A stretch of DNA of 64,000 nt from Phyllobates terribilis (Eukaryota): contig NW_027362762.1 of assembly GCF_046119375.1 (NCBI RefSeq), positions 642,506,001 to 642,570,000 on the forward strand, given 5' to 3'. Under the pieces are notes generated by a model. It saw only the letters and a list, made by a program, of their open reading frames with translations. It had not been told where the DNA came from and did not search any database. Shown in pieces: positions 22,822 to 34,694 of the stretch; the first letter of the stretch is position 1; each line of letters opens with the position of its first letter. The translations under genes were made by a program, and so were the position numbers.

Positions 22822-25800
22822 GGGTATGTGTGCACGTATTTGATTGCAGAAATTTCTGCAACGTTTCAGCATCTCTTGGCAGAAAAAACGCTGCGGAAAA
22901 AACACGCGGTTTTGGTGTGTTTTTGCATGCATTTTTTTAAGTATTTTTGTAAAGCAATGAATGCTTTTTGGAGCTAAATAAAGATATTCAAATAGAGAAA
23001 TATGGGGCGTCGCTTTAACCCTTTGATTACTGTCAGACCTGGGGTGAGTATATTGGGTTAATTTAAATGATTAAAGAATGTGTCTGTTTTATTTCAAATG
23101 AAGTGTTTCATTCTCACAGTGTGTGTTTATTTAACTCTTTACTTACAGGTTTAGTAATGAGGGTGTCTGGCTGACACCTCTTCATTACTAAACATAGGCC
23201 TTGTTGTAAGCGACACCTAATCCCATTACCCCTAATCCCATTACCCCTAATCCCATTCAAATATGAAGTGCCATTTCTGAGGCAGCTGAGGGCTGGTATT
23301 TTTATCCTATGAAGGGACCATTAGGCCAACATGTTTACTGGCTATTAATAACAGCTCACAGCTGTTTGGTTAGCCTTTGGGTATGTCCCCACGATCAGAA
23401 ACCAGCAGCACTTTGGACGCAGCGTATTTTCAAACGCTGTGTTCTAATGCCGCATTTTGTTTTGTCAGTACATGCGGATCCACCGCATGTAATGACATTT
23501 CAATTTGTCAAAATCTGCAGCACAGACTTGTGTCTCCACTACAGAGATTGACATGTTGCGGGTGAGTTTACACAGCATCAAAAACAAGCACAGTAGACAT
23601 AGGATTTCTTATAAATGAAATAAAATGAAGAATTTAATAAAAAAAAATGGCGTGGGCTCCTGCGTCATTTTCATAACTAGCAGAGGGAAAGCCAACCACT
23701 GGGGACTGATAATACTAGCCAGGAAAAGGGCCATTAGCCAAAAATATTCCCCGGCTATTAATAACAGCCCACAGCTGTTTGCTTAGCGCTTACTGGCTAG
23801 ATTACTGCTGGACCCCAGAAAAAAATTGACATAGGGTCCCCCTATAAAATCTAACTTTCAAAGGCTAAACGGACAGCTGTGAGCTGACATTAATAGCCAG
23901 GGAAGAGGCCATGAATACTGGCCCCTTCCGAGGCTAATAATATCAGCCCTCAGCGGCCCCAGAAATGGCACATCGATAAGATGCACCAAATCTGGTGCTT
24001 AGCCTCGATCTTCCCACTTGCCCTGATGCGGTGGCAAGTGGGGTAATAGGGTTGGGGTTCATTTCAGCCTTGTATTGGCAGCTGACATGAAGCTCAGGTT
24101 AGTAATGGAGAGGCATCTGAGACAAACCCATTACTAACCCCATAGTAAAGGTGTCACGGTTCCACCCCTCACTGTGTCTGTGACGCAGTTACTGACAGCT
24201 CAGCTGTCAAATCTTGTACAGGGGCATGCTGGAGCTGTCAGTACTGTGATTGACAGCTCGACCATCCAATCTGATACAGGGGTGTGCAATAGCTGTCAGT
24301 GTGGTGATTGACAGCTCGGCTGTCCAATCTGAGACTGGGAGGCACTGGCTATCTTCAGGTGTTCATTATCCCATGTGAATGCCTGGCTACTTAACTGAGC
24401 TGTTTGTCCCAGATCTCTGCCAGACGTACATTCAGCTAGTGTGCGTGGTTCTTTCTCTGTGCCTTGTGTTCTGTTTATTGATCTTCTGTTGCCTGACCTT
24501 GGACCTTGTTCTGACCATCCGTCTGTTTAACTCCTTCTGCTCTGATCTGCTATCCTCCTGGCATTCTGACCAATGGTACATTACCTGACTACCCCTTTGC
24601 CTCTTCCCTCTGTTTTGAACGTACCCTCCTGGCTTTGACTTCGGACTCCTTGATTATCCCGTCTCATGGCCTGGCCATGAAAAGTGACTCAGCGTCACAA
24701 AAGGTTTTGAAATAAACACATGGCCTAAAAAAAATCCTTTATTTGAAATAAAATTTCATATGGATTTAATCGTTTATTTATCGTCGTTTATGTCCGACGT
24801 GGCGACATAATCCACAGTGTCCCATGATGATCTCACTTCTAGAGCAGTCACATCAGCAGTCACTGATATGACTGCTCTACAAGACAGCAAGCTGACACTG
24901 ACACAGGAGTGTAATCACTTCTGTGTCAGTGTATAGCGCTGAGTTGCAGTGAGAGAGATCACACGAGTTCATCAGCTGATGAGCTCCTGTGACCTCATGG
25001 CACCACCACTGCATGGAATTTTCTCACGCAGCGGCGGTACAGTTAGTGAGGTCACCGGAGCTGATGAACTCATGTGACCTCCCTCATGGAAGCTCAGCGC
25101 TATACACTGCGGGAGCGATCACGCTCCTGTCAGTGTATCGCTGGCTGCTGGATAGTGCAGTCACATCTCAAGATGTGACTGTTCTATAAATGATCCGGTC
25201 GCCATGGGGCACTCTGGATTACCTGGATTATGGCGGACAAGTGAAGGATATGGTGGTTTATTTATTTTTTTACAGGTGACATGGGCATCGGGCATTAGGT
25301 GTTAAGGTAAGTATATGGTGTTTTTTTTATTTTTGATCTTTTACAGGTGACATGGGCATCGGGGATTTGGTGTTAGGTTAGTATAATGTGTTTTTTATTT
25401 CAGTTTTTATTTATTTAAACTTTTTTTTTTCTTGACCGCAGGTCACAGGCACCAGCAGAGGAGAAACTACTCCTCCCATCAGCGGCGCTTGCCCTCACTA
25501 TTATCAGCGATAGCAGCTGTAGGCTGATGGGAGGAGTAGTCTGTCATCAGGCAACGCCTGTGACCCGCGGTCAATTCTTTGCGTGTTTTTGCTTCGTTTC
25601 TGACCCATTGACTTCAATTGAGTCAGTCAAATACGCAGCCAAAATCCCCAGCAAAGGTGCAAACATTTTTATACCTGCATATTTGCTGCGGATTTGACTG
25701 ACTCAATTGAAGTGAATGGGTGAAAAACGCAGGAAATCGGCACAAAGAATTGACATGCTGCAGATTTAAACGCACTGGAAATACTCAAAGGAAAATTCTT

Positions 25801-25930
25801 GATCATGAGCACAGCACTTCAGGATTGTCATTGAATTAGCTAGCTTAAGGTTTCCATAGCGTTTTTGGCACAATTCAGTGCGACAAAACGCTGCGAAGAC
25901 ACACCAAAAATGCACCGTGTGCACACAGCC
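22822..25930. mobile_element. Large non-autonomous PIF/Harbinger-type element
   Basis: Imperfect TIRs GGGTATGTGTGCACG / CGTGTGCACACAGCC with 3-bp flanks TAA / TGA. Palindromic interior. Hosts a solo LTR. Confidence 0.6.
24152..24699 (+). mobile_element. Solo LTR
   Basis: TGTCACG...CGTCACA ends and a perfect 5-bp TSD AAAGG (24147-24151, 24700-24704). Confidence 0.88.
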
Positions 25931-26810
25931 TGAATGTTACACACAAACATGGAGCGCCCACAACAATGGTGCCTCAGAATATTATAAACAATGTCAATAT
26001 TAAATTAATATAAACAGCTAATAAGTCTAGTCCAGAGGCAACCCCCCAACCTTATGAATTTCCCTGGCCACTTTATTTTCTTCGTGTGCCATATAATATT
26101 TGTCTTCGAACCTGGGCCACTGTACAAATAGTTGCACAGGCAGCAACCCTACCCAACGACCCCATGAAAATATTCTCTTTTTTGGAGCGATAGCATCTAA
26201 CAGGCAACTTTGGGGTCAATACTTTCATGTCTCCCGTCTCCCTTCTCAACCACCACCTGCTCCTGGCCTTTCTCATATGCCCTATGCAAGGCCACATAGC
26301 CCTTAGAGCTCAGACTTTGGGCCTCCAGAGAAAATATCCCTCCCTTCTTTCCCACCCTTGCCCTTTCTATACTACTCATTAACCTGATTCATCATATAAC
26401 ATTTTATACCCCACTTTACACTCTTCTTCCACCTTGCAATCACCACATCAGACCTCAAAAATGTCTAGATCCCCTCATCAAGTACCTCCAGCTCCAGAAT
26501 CTCCTGATTCTTTTTATAAATTATCATGTTTTTATTTGGAGTAAAATGATTGTACTATATTTTTGAGAGGTTTTTTTGCTGTTTTATTTGGGGGGTGGGG
26601 ATATGGAAAGAACATTTCATACAAATGTGTTCCTTGGTTTAAGTAATATGCATTGCGTACATAGAGTACATATAGTACAACATATAGTAAAAAGTGGATT
26701 TCTATCTCATAACAGAAACATTTTTGAGAAATGAATTTATTCAAAAGGTAAATATAAATGCTTAAATAAAATATTGCTTTAATGGGTTCACAACCCCAAA
26801 AAATTACACA

Positions 26811-28124
26811 TCACAGTGCTACCAGTAACAATATGTAATTAGTAAATAAGTCATAGGCACAAATTCCTGAAGAGCCAGCTCTGTTTTGGCGAGCAGTCTG
26901 GAGAGCTTGACGCACTCCAGCATCCAGATCCACAGGAGTATCATATATCCGAGTGAAGTTGTAGAAAATTACAAATGCTTTTATTGGTGAGTTCACATTT
27001 TGCTCACTCATTTGGATATCACTCTTGAGTATTCATCAATTGGCACACAGTATGCCAAATGTACATTCAATCAACCTAGCGGACCTGGATGGCTGTTAAT
27101 TTAAATTTCGTCTGCTCTCATCCAGGTATGGGCACAGAACATTTGTGGTGAATCCAAAGGCCTCATCTGCTACAATCACAGTGCCAGGTCACTGGACGAG
27201 CCAGGCAGGACCCAATGTTCTGGAAGAGGTAGCTGACTTAGGAGAAGCAACTGACCCATTCTAGAAGAAGTGAAGATTTGGAAATCTCCAGTCCTTCCAT
27301 AGGCCCCAATGTCTACAATTATATACTTGTAGTTTGTGTCAACCAAGACAAAAAGCACTGCAGAAAAGTACTGCTTACAATGGTAGTATCGGGACCCTGA
27401 GTGCTCCAGGGTCAGTGCTGCAGCCTCTCCCAAATGACTTCAAAGGTGGACTTAACAACCAAGTGCATTGAAGAAAATGACTTTCCTGTTGCTAAAAATC
27501 TGTGTGTCAATAAAAAAAACATACATTTCAGCATTTATGAATAATCATAGTTTACAGTAGTGGGGCACAACCTTATCTGGTGTTAAGGCAACATTGTCAT
27601 GTTGTATCACTCACAAGAGCACACATGACTATATATATTGGTCTTACCATTTTAGACATTTCAGGCATGTAAAATTATAATGAATTAGCATTTTATCTAG
27701 GGGATCAACCATGTGGAACGTGCACCTATGAGAAGAATCGTTGTCCAGCTTGAGCTCCACTTATCACTTAGAGAGGGAAGGCCATGAGTAAATGTGTCTC
27801 CAAACATTGTGCACATAAAAGAAAAACAATATAATTTATAGAGCCACAAGTAGAGATGGACATCTGTATAAATCAGATATCTTTTAGGAGCAAAATCAGG
27901 GGTCAAGGGTTACCATTAGCCCTGAATTTTGGGGGAAAACTGAGATGACAGTGTGCCACCCCTATTGGTTTGTTATGGAAAATACAGGCAAGCATATCTG
28001 TGTCCAGATGGTTGTGTGCCTCACAGAATGCCATTTGTCTCCTGGGCTGGAGTCGTCTGGAGACCACTCTGGACAAATGGACACGTTCAGTAGGGGTCAA
28101 GATTAAGCAAGTCAGCAATTTCAA
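26811..28124 (-). pseudogene. PIF/Harbinger (HARBI1-like) DDE transposase remnant
   Basis: Fragments HSGSRYYHCKQYFSAVLFVLVDTNYKYIIVDIGAYGRTGDFQIF, ..DTDMLACI.., and IKAFVIFYNF are Harbinger transposase motifs, with many stops and frameshifts. Confidence 0.85.
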
Positions 28125-28455
28125 ACAGAAACACCAAGAAGTATGTTTGCTATGTAGCCAAAAAATGAAGTTAAGTTAACACATTGGGGGTGTTTATATA
28201 TAATTCAAAGAACCCCTTGAATTAACTAAATTAATGGCAGACTGCCATACAGATAAAAATGGTCCAATTTTTCTGGATGAAAGTTGGAAGATTTTTAATA
28301 CGCTTCAGTGAATTTTGCATAAGTTCATTACATATTGTCATAATCTTTCGCCATTCACAGCATTCTCATTTTATGCACCAACCTTTTACAGGCTACTGTA
28401 TAAGGGCTTATACAGATGTCAGTATTTCGTGTATGAGTTCTCTCCGTGCTCCTTA

Positions 28456-29307
28456 GGCTGTGTGCCCACGATGCGTTTTTTAAGCGTTTCCACAGCGGCA
28501 GAAAAGCTGCAGAAACGCTTAAAAAACGCATGGTACAAGGCCTGCCATGTTCCCCAATGATAATCCGCATGTGCTGTGCACATGCTGCGGAAATTTCCGC
28601 TGCGGATTATCATTGCGGAAAAAAAAGCAGCACTACCAATTATTTTGCGGAAGTGCTGCATTTTCGCCGCCATTGACTTGCATTAGAAATCATGCATTCC
28701 GCTTCACTAGATAAGCACATGCGGAATCCATGCGTTCCAATGTGCGGATGGTACCTGGGTCTAGAGGAGAGGAGACTCTCCTCCGGACCCGGGTACCATA
28801 GAAACTGTAAAAAAAAGAATAAAATAAAAAATAAAGATTATACTTACCTTCTGGTCTCCTTGTCTGTGCTTGCCGGCAGCGCGCTGTGGACTGAAGGACC
28901 TGCGCTGGCGTCATAGTCATGTGACGGGTCACGCAATGCTGATGTCGGCAGGTCCTTCAGTGTACCGCTGCCGGCAGCCTGGACGGAGGGAAACAAGACA
29001 CCGGGGGCCATCAGAGGGTAAGTATATATTTATTTTTTTACTTTTTACTATTCTTTAAGGTCACAGTATATAAATCCATGCCGGTTGCATGGATTTATAT
29101 AGTGTGACCAAGTTGACAAGCACTTTCCAAGTGATGCTAAAATTGCTTGGAAAGCGCTTGTCAACCCGCATGCGGAAATGCAAGTGAAGAACGCTTCACA
29201 TCCGCATGTCCCTGGCAGGAAAACACATGTACAATCCGCATGCGTTTTTTTTCTGCCAGGGAGATGCAGAAACGCTCAGGAAAAAATCACATCGTGGACA
29301 CATAGCC
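28456..29307. mobile_element. Harbinger-type MITE (852 bp) with palindromic interior
   Basis: TIRs GGCTGTGTGCCCACGATG / CATCGTGGACACATAGCC and TSD TTA (28453-28455, 29308-29310). Confidence 0.85.
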
Positions 29308-29984
29308 TTAAGGATAGAATTCGTACCCATTGTAGTCTATGGAGCTGTTCATATGTCTGTATTCTTGTGGACTGAGTGGTCCACACAAAATCTAACTACC
29401 ATGCAAAAATATATTGCGCATTAATGCCAAATACTGCAATAATATCGCCATTAGCTATTATCCAAAAAAGTGCATTGTTCAAATCTATAATATAACCGGG
29501 GATGCGTGTCTCTGTCTGAAGCCTCGATAGACTGCGCATGCGCGACGCGCAGTCTGGCTCCAGACAGAATCACGCATCCAGCCGTTACAGGTAAGAGGAG
29601 TGTATAGCGCCGGAGATCGCAGTATGCGTAACCACTGAACGCATACCGCGATCTCCGGCGCCATACTTACATATTTACTTGAGCGTTTCCGCGGCGCTTC
29701 TCTTCGCCGGAGACCGGGGCAGGAGTGAGGCGTCGGGTCGGCGCATGCGCATAGCGCTATCCGGCGCCATTTTACTGAAGACACATTTGCAGTGTGTCTT
29801 CAGAAAAATGGCGCCGGACAGCGCGGTGCTCCGGCGCCGCACTCTTCCCCCGGCCTCCGGCAGAACAGGACGCAGCAGCGCTGGAGCACAGAGAAGAAAG
29901 TTGAGTATAACTGTTTATTTTTTTGTATGTGTGTACAGCGTGAAAGGGATGAGGGGGCCACACATAGGGATGAGGGGGCCACAT

Positions 29985-30929
29985 TTGGGGAGTTGGGCCA
30001 AAAAATGGCAAATGGGGTTCAATGCCGATAAATGTAAGGTCATGCACATGGGAAAGAAAAACAGCAGTCACCCATACATATTAAATGAGAAACCGTTGGG
30101 GAAATCTGACATGGAGAAGGACCTGGGCGTCTTGGTTAATAGCAAATTAAATTGGAGTGCCCAGTGTCAGGCAGCAGCTGCGAAGGCAAATAGAGTCATG
30201 GCATGCATCAGAAGAGGAATAGGGGCATATGATAAGAACATTGTTCTTCCTCTGTATAAAGCGCTGGTAAGGCCGCACTTAGAATATTGTGCACAGTTCT
30301 GGGCTCCGGTGCTCAGTAAAGACATATTGGAGCTAGAGAGGGTACAAAGGAGGGCGACTAAGGTAATAAAGGGACTGGAGGGACTAGAATACCCAGAGAA
30401 GCTGTCAAAATTAGGCCTATTTACGTTGGAAAAGAGAAGGCTTAGGGGAGACCTCATAAACATGTATAAATACATCAGGGGGCAGTACAGAGATCTCTCC
30501 CATGACCTGTTTATACCAAGGATGGTGACAAAGACGAGGGGGCACACTATGCGTCTGGAGGCAAGGAGGTTCCTGCACCAGCATAGAAGGGGATTCTTTA
30601 CGGTCAGAGCCGTGAGACTCTGGAACTCTGGGAGAGGAAGTGGTGATGTCCAACTCACTTAATGAGTTCAAGAGAAGCCTGGACGCCTTTCTTGAGAACA
30701 ATAAAATTACATCTTATGCTTAGTTAATTAATCCAGGGATTTAATCTGACTGCCAGATTGGTGTCGGGAAGTGAATTTTTCCTCAATGATGTAAATTGGC
30801 CTATACCGCATGGTTTTTTTTTGCCTTCCCCTGGATCAACGCTGCGGAATAGCTGCAGTGCACAAGAAATAGACTGAACTGGATGGACGCTTGTCTTTTT
30901 TCGGCCTTATAAACTATGTAACTATGTAA
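29985..30929 (+). mobile_element. 5'-truncated CR1 LINE (RT C-terminus, 3' UTR, (AACTATGT)n tail)
   Basis: WAKKWQMGFNADKCKVMH..EKDLGVLV..LYKALVRPHLEYCAQFWAP..LERVQRRATK..TRGH..FTVRAVRLWNS. Tail AACTATGTAACTATGTAAC at ~30911-30929. Confidence 0.93.
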
Positions 30930-32440
30930 CATACCAGGATTGGGGGATGAGGGGGCCACGCATACCAGGATTGGGGGGTGAGGGGGCCACACATACCAGG
31001 ATTGGGGGATGAGGGGGCCACGCATACCAGGATTGGGGGATGAGGGGGCCACGCATACCAGGATTGGGGGATGAGGGGGCCACGCATACCAGGATTGGGG
31101 GGTGAGGGGGCCACACATACCAGGATTGTGGGGTGAGGGGACCATGCATATCAGGATTGGGGGGTGAGGGGTACCACACATACCAGGATTGGGGGGTGAG
31201 GGGACCATGCATACCAGGATGAGGGGTACCACACATACCATTATTGGGGGATGAGGGGACCATGCATACCAGGATTGAGGGGTGAGGGGACCATGCATAC
31301 CAGGATTGCTGGGTGAGGGGTACCCTACATACCAGGATTGGTGGATGAGGGGACCATACATACCAGGATTGGGGTGAGGGGACCATGCATACCAGGATTG
31401 GGGGTGAGGGGACCATTCATACCAGGATTGGGGGGTGAGGGGACCATGCATACCAGGATTGGGGGCTGAAGGGACCATGCATACCAGGATTGGGGGGTGA
31501 GGGGTGCCATGCATACCAGAATAGGGATGAGGGGTACCATGCATACCAGGATAAGGATTAGGGGTGCCATGCATACTAGGATGAGGGATTGGGTGCCATG
31601 CATACCAGGTTTCTGGGATGAGGAGTCCATACATACCAGAATTGGGATCAGGGGTTCCATGCATACCAGGATGAGGGGTACCATACATACCAGAATAGGG
31701 ATGAGGGGTTCCATGCATACCAGGATGAGGGGTACCATACATACCAGGATAGGGATGAGGGGTACCATGTATACCAGGATTGGGGATGAGGAGCCCATGC
31801 ATACCAGGATAGGAATGAGGGGTGCCATGCATATCAGGGTTGGGGATGAGGGGTGCCATGCATACCAGGATTGGGGATGAAGGGTGCCATGCATACCAGG
31901 ATTGGGGATGAGGGAGCCATGCATACCAGGATTGGGGATGAGGGGTGCCATGCATTCCAGGATTGGGGATGATGGGTGCCATGCATACCAGGATTGGGGA
32001 TGAGGGATGCCATGCATACCAGGATTGGGGATGAGGGAGCCATGCTTACCAGGATTGGGGATGAGGGGTGCCATGCATACCAGGATTGGGGATGAGGGGT
32101 GCCATGCATACCAGGATTGGGGATGAGGGGTGCCATGCATACCAGGATTGGGGATGAGGGTGCCATGCATGCCAGGATTGGGGATGAGGGGTGCCATGCA
32201 TACCAGGATTGAGGATGAGGGAGCCATGCATGCCAGGATTGGGGATGAGGGGTGCCATGCATACCAGGATTGGAGATGAGGGGTGCCATGCATACCAGGA
32301 TCGGGGTTGAGGGGTGCCATGCATACCAGGATTGGGGGTGAGGAGTGCCATGCATGCCAGGATTGGGGGTGAGGGGTGCCATGCATACTAGGATAGGGAT
32401 GAGGGGTGCCATGCATACCAGGATAGGATGGTGGGGACAG
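30929..32440. repeat. ~31-bp G-rich minisatellite (CATACCAGGATTGGGGATGAGGGGTGCCATG), ~49 units
   Basis: Read directly. Two short copies also precede the CR1 (29945-29985), so the CR1 split the array. Confidence 0.95.
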
Positions 32441-34314
32441 GATGGGGGCAGCACAAATACCAGGAGGGGGGCAGCACATACCAGCATGGGAGACCTTATA
32501 CCAATAAAAATGCTCGCCACCCAGGTGTAGAACGGGTTCAATAGCTAGTATGTTATATAAGGATAGGCATAGCCAATTATAAAGTAAGATGCATGTGCAT
32601 AGGTTCGTATATAGAGATAGGCATAGCCAACAGGAAATGATCAAATAGTAATCAAATCGCCACATGATATAAAAGGTGCAGGAGAAATCAAAAGTCTATG
32701 AGACCATGTATAGATAGCATGTGCAAATTGTGCAAATTAAAAAGAAGGTATATTGTACTCATATACTGACCAGGGTGATTACAGCTGTGGTTACTTACAC
32801 ATTGAGAACGCCATATTATCGGGCGCCACTACCAGTCCATACGTCCGGAAAGCCGCTCCACCCATACTGGATGTACGTCACCGGAGAGCGTAGTCGCAGT
32901 TCAGTGACACACAATCCGGCAATAGGTGTGAGAGCACGCCATACATGTGCAATATACTTTTGTGTGGTAGTTAGAAATCAAATACATTAAATTAACATTG
33001 TTTACTTGAGTGACTAATGGAATTTGGTATACTATAACTTGCACAAACACATTATTTACTTATATTTTTTATAACCATCAATGTGTATACATATGTATAA
33101 TATCATCATGTACTGACCTTCTGATTTGTCATTTCTTGTATTTATTATAGTGCACACTCATCCCCCTCCTCACCTATATTCATTTTGCTCCTTTCCCATT
33201 CCCTATTTTTATCATGACAGTGTAATGTGTGTTTTGTGTTTTTTTAAATGTAATTAATAAAGCATTTATATTTTACAAACATACATATTCTTTGCCTAAA
33301 TTATGGATATAGTGTTTTTGGTTCTTATATTGGTATATCCATAGGCCCTTACAACTTCTTTGAAATTTTGGCATTTCCTTCTCATGTAGGTTTGGGCAAT
33401 TTTTATCTGAGTCTTGGATCAATCTCATTAATGCTAATCTATAGGTCTGTGAAAAAAATCAGATATCACTCGGATGCCATCCTTGTTCGGTCCATTTTTC
33501 ACAGACTGTTTGATAGAACTGATACACTGACCAAACACTGATGAAACTGATGAAAAAGTCCACGTTTCATCTGTATTTTTGGAGTACGAGAAAAATCACT
33601 GACATCTGAATGATCCCTAAATGACAGTGAGAGAGCCTCAACTAAATAAAAAGTTTCATTTAACAATCTGCCTGGCACTAAAGACAATCAGTCTGTTTGT
33701 ACTTCCATAAATCTGGTATTATGGGAACAAAGGTTATATTTTGGGCATTACTATGATGCTGGCACAATGGACATATTATGAATTGGCTAGAAGGAGTTAT
33801 TACATTTAGAATTTCTTCCAATTGTCAGTAGAGATTTACTAAACATTTTAAAGGGAACATGTCAAAAAATGATATTAACCTCTGCCGGTTTATAAGTGTT
33901 TAATCCGCAAGTTAATACCTTTCAAAAGGCTGCCCGGCCTCCCACCAGACTCTGGCTTTCAGTCATAGAGGCGCGGCCGGAGTAGCTTCAGTCACCGCTA
34001 TATGTATACAGTATACAGTGAGCGGCAACGGTAACCACATCCTGGCGCTGACTGTGACCGACTTACAATCACTGTTTTCTCTGCTGCAGATCTAGCAGTG
34101 CTCAGAATGCTGAGTCCTGTATAACCTCTCCCACACCACTGATTAGCAGCTTTTTGTCAATATACAGTGTACTTTCATAAACTTAACAAACAATCCCCTT
34201 TTAAAAGCTGACCCCAGGGTACGGGCCCGGGAGCCGACCACTGCAACATCCCCAAGGCCAGGCAAAGGCCCGGGTACCGAGTCGTCCCCATCCCCCTGGG
34301 CTAGTCATCTTTCC

Positions 34315-34332
34315 TGGCGTCACGAACAGGAT
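34315..34332 (+). promoter_or_regulatory. Primer-binding site complementary to tRNA-Ser(CGA)
   Basis: TGGCGTCACGAACAGGAT, 7 nt after the LTR's CA. It is the reverse complement of the 3' end ATCCTGTTCGTGACG-CCA of a vertebrate tRNA-Ser(CGA) as I recall it. Confidence 0.75.
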
Positions 34333-34694
34333 CGCGTGCCCGCTGCAACGACGGAGTGTTATGCCCGTTGCCACCGGGTACTGTGCGCCTTTAATTAAAA
34401 ACTGTGTATGTTAAACTGTGGTGAAGATTGCCGCCATTGTTGGGCCGCCGAGCGAGAAGAAGGGAGTAACTGCGGGAAACTGAGAGGCGTATCTGCAAAA
34501 GCGCGCGAAGCCCCGGACACGCCCCACGCCTCGACGTCAAAACCAGGAAACGCCAGGTCCTGGAAGGAGCGTCGCTGAACGCTCTGACGTAGGACGCAAG
34601 CGACGCAAGGTCCTGAAGAAGACCGTCACCTGCGGAGCGGCGGTCTACCGAAAGAAAAAGAAGGTAGGCCATGGTTCGCTAGGGGGGCGCCAGA

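Larger units (their letters stand above)
29484..32548 (+). mobile_element. Non-autonomous Helitron-like element carrying a minisatellite and a CR1 insertion
   Basis: Inserted between A and T. 5' end TCTATAATATAA, 3' end CTAG preceded by a GC-rich imperfect hairpin, no TSD. Internal palindromes (e.g. GGCGCCATTTTACTGAAGACAC..GTGTCTTCAGAAAAATGGCGCC). Confidence 0.65.
28404..33617. mobile_element. Harbinger-type MITE inflated to 5.2 kb by nested insertions
   Basis: TIRs GGGCTTATACAGATGTCAGT / ACTGACATCTGAATGATCCC. TAA on both sides (28401-28403, 33618-33620). Confidence 0.7.

Noticed and set aside
23216-23260. CCTAATCCCATTACC x3 as telomere-like repeat
   Set aside because: 15-bp local triplication in a MITE, not (TTAGGG)n.
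24960-25085. CTGATGA motifs as possible hammerheads
   Set aside because: Part of a MITE palindrome (GAGTTCATCAGCTGATGAGCTC) with no stem II/GAAA/NUH arrangement.
29679-30662. 327-aa ORF
   Set aside because: Chance fusion of Helitron-like interior with a CR1 RT C-terminus; no catalytic RT core.
30801-32665. 393-446-aa P/H/W-rich ORFs
   Set aside because: Minisatellite translations.
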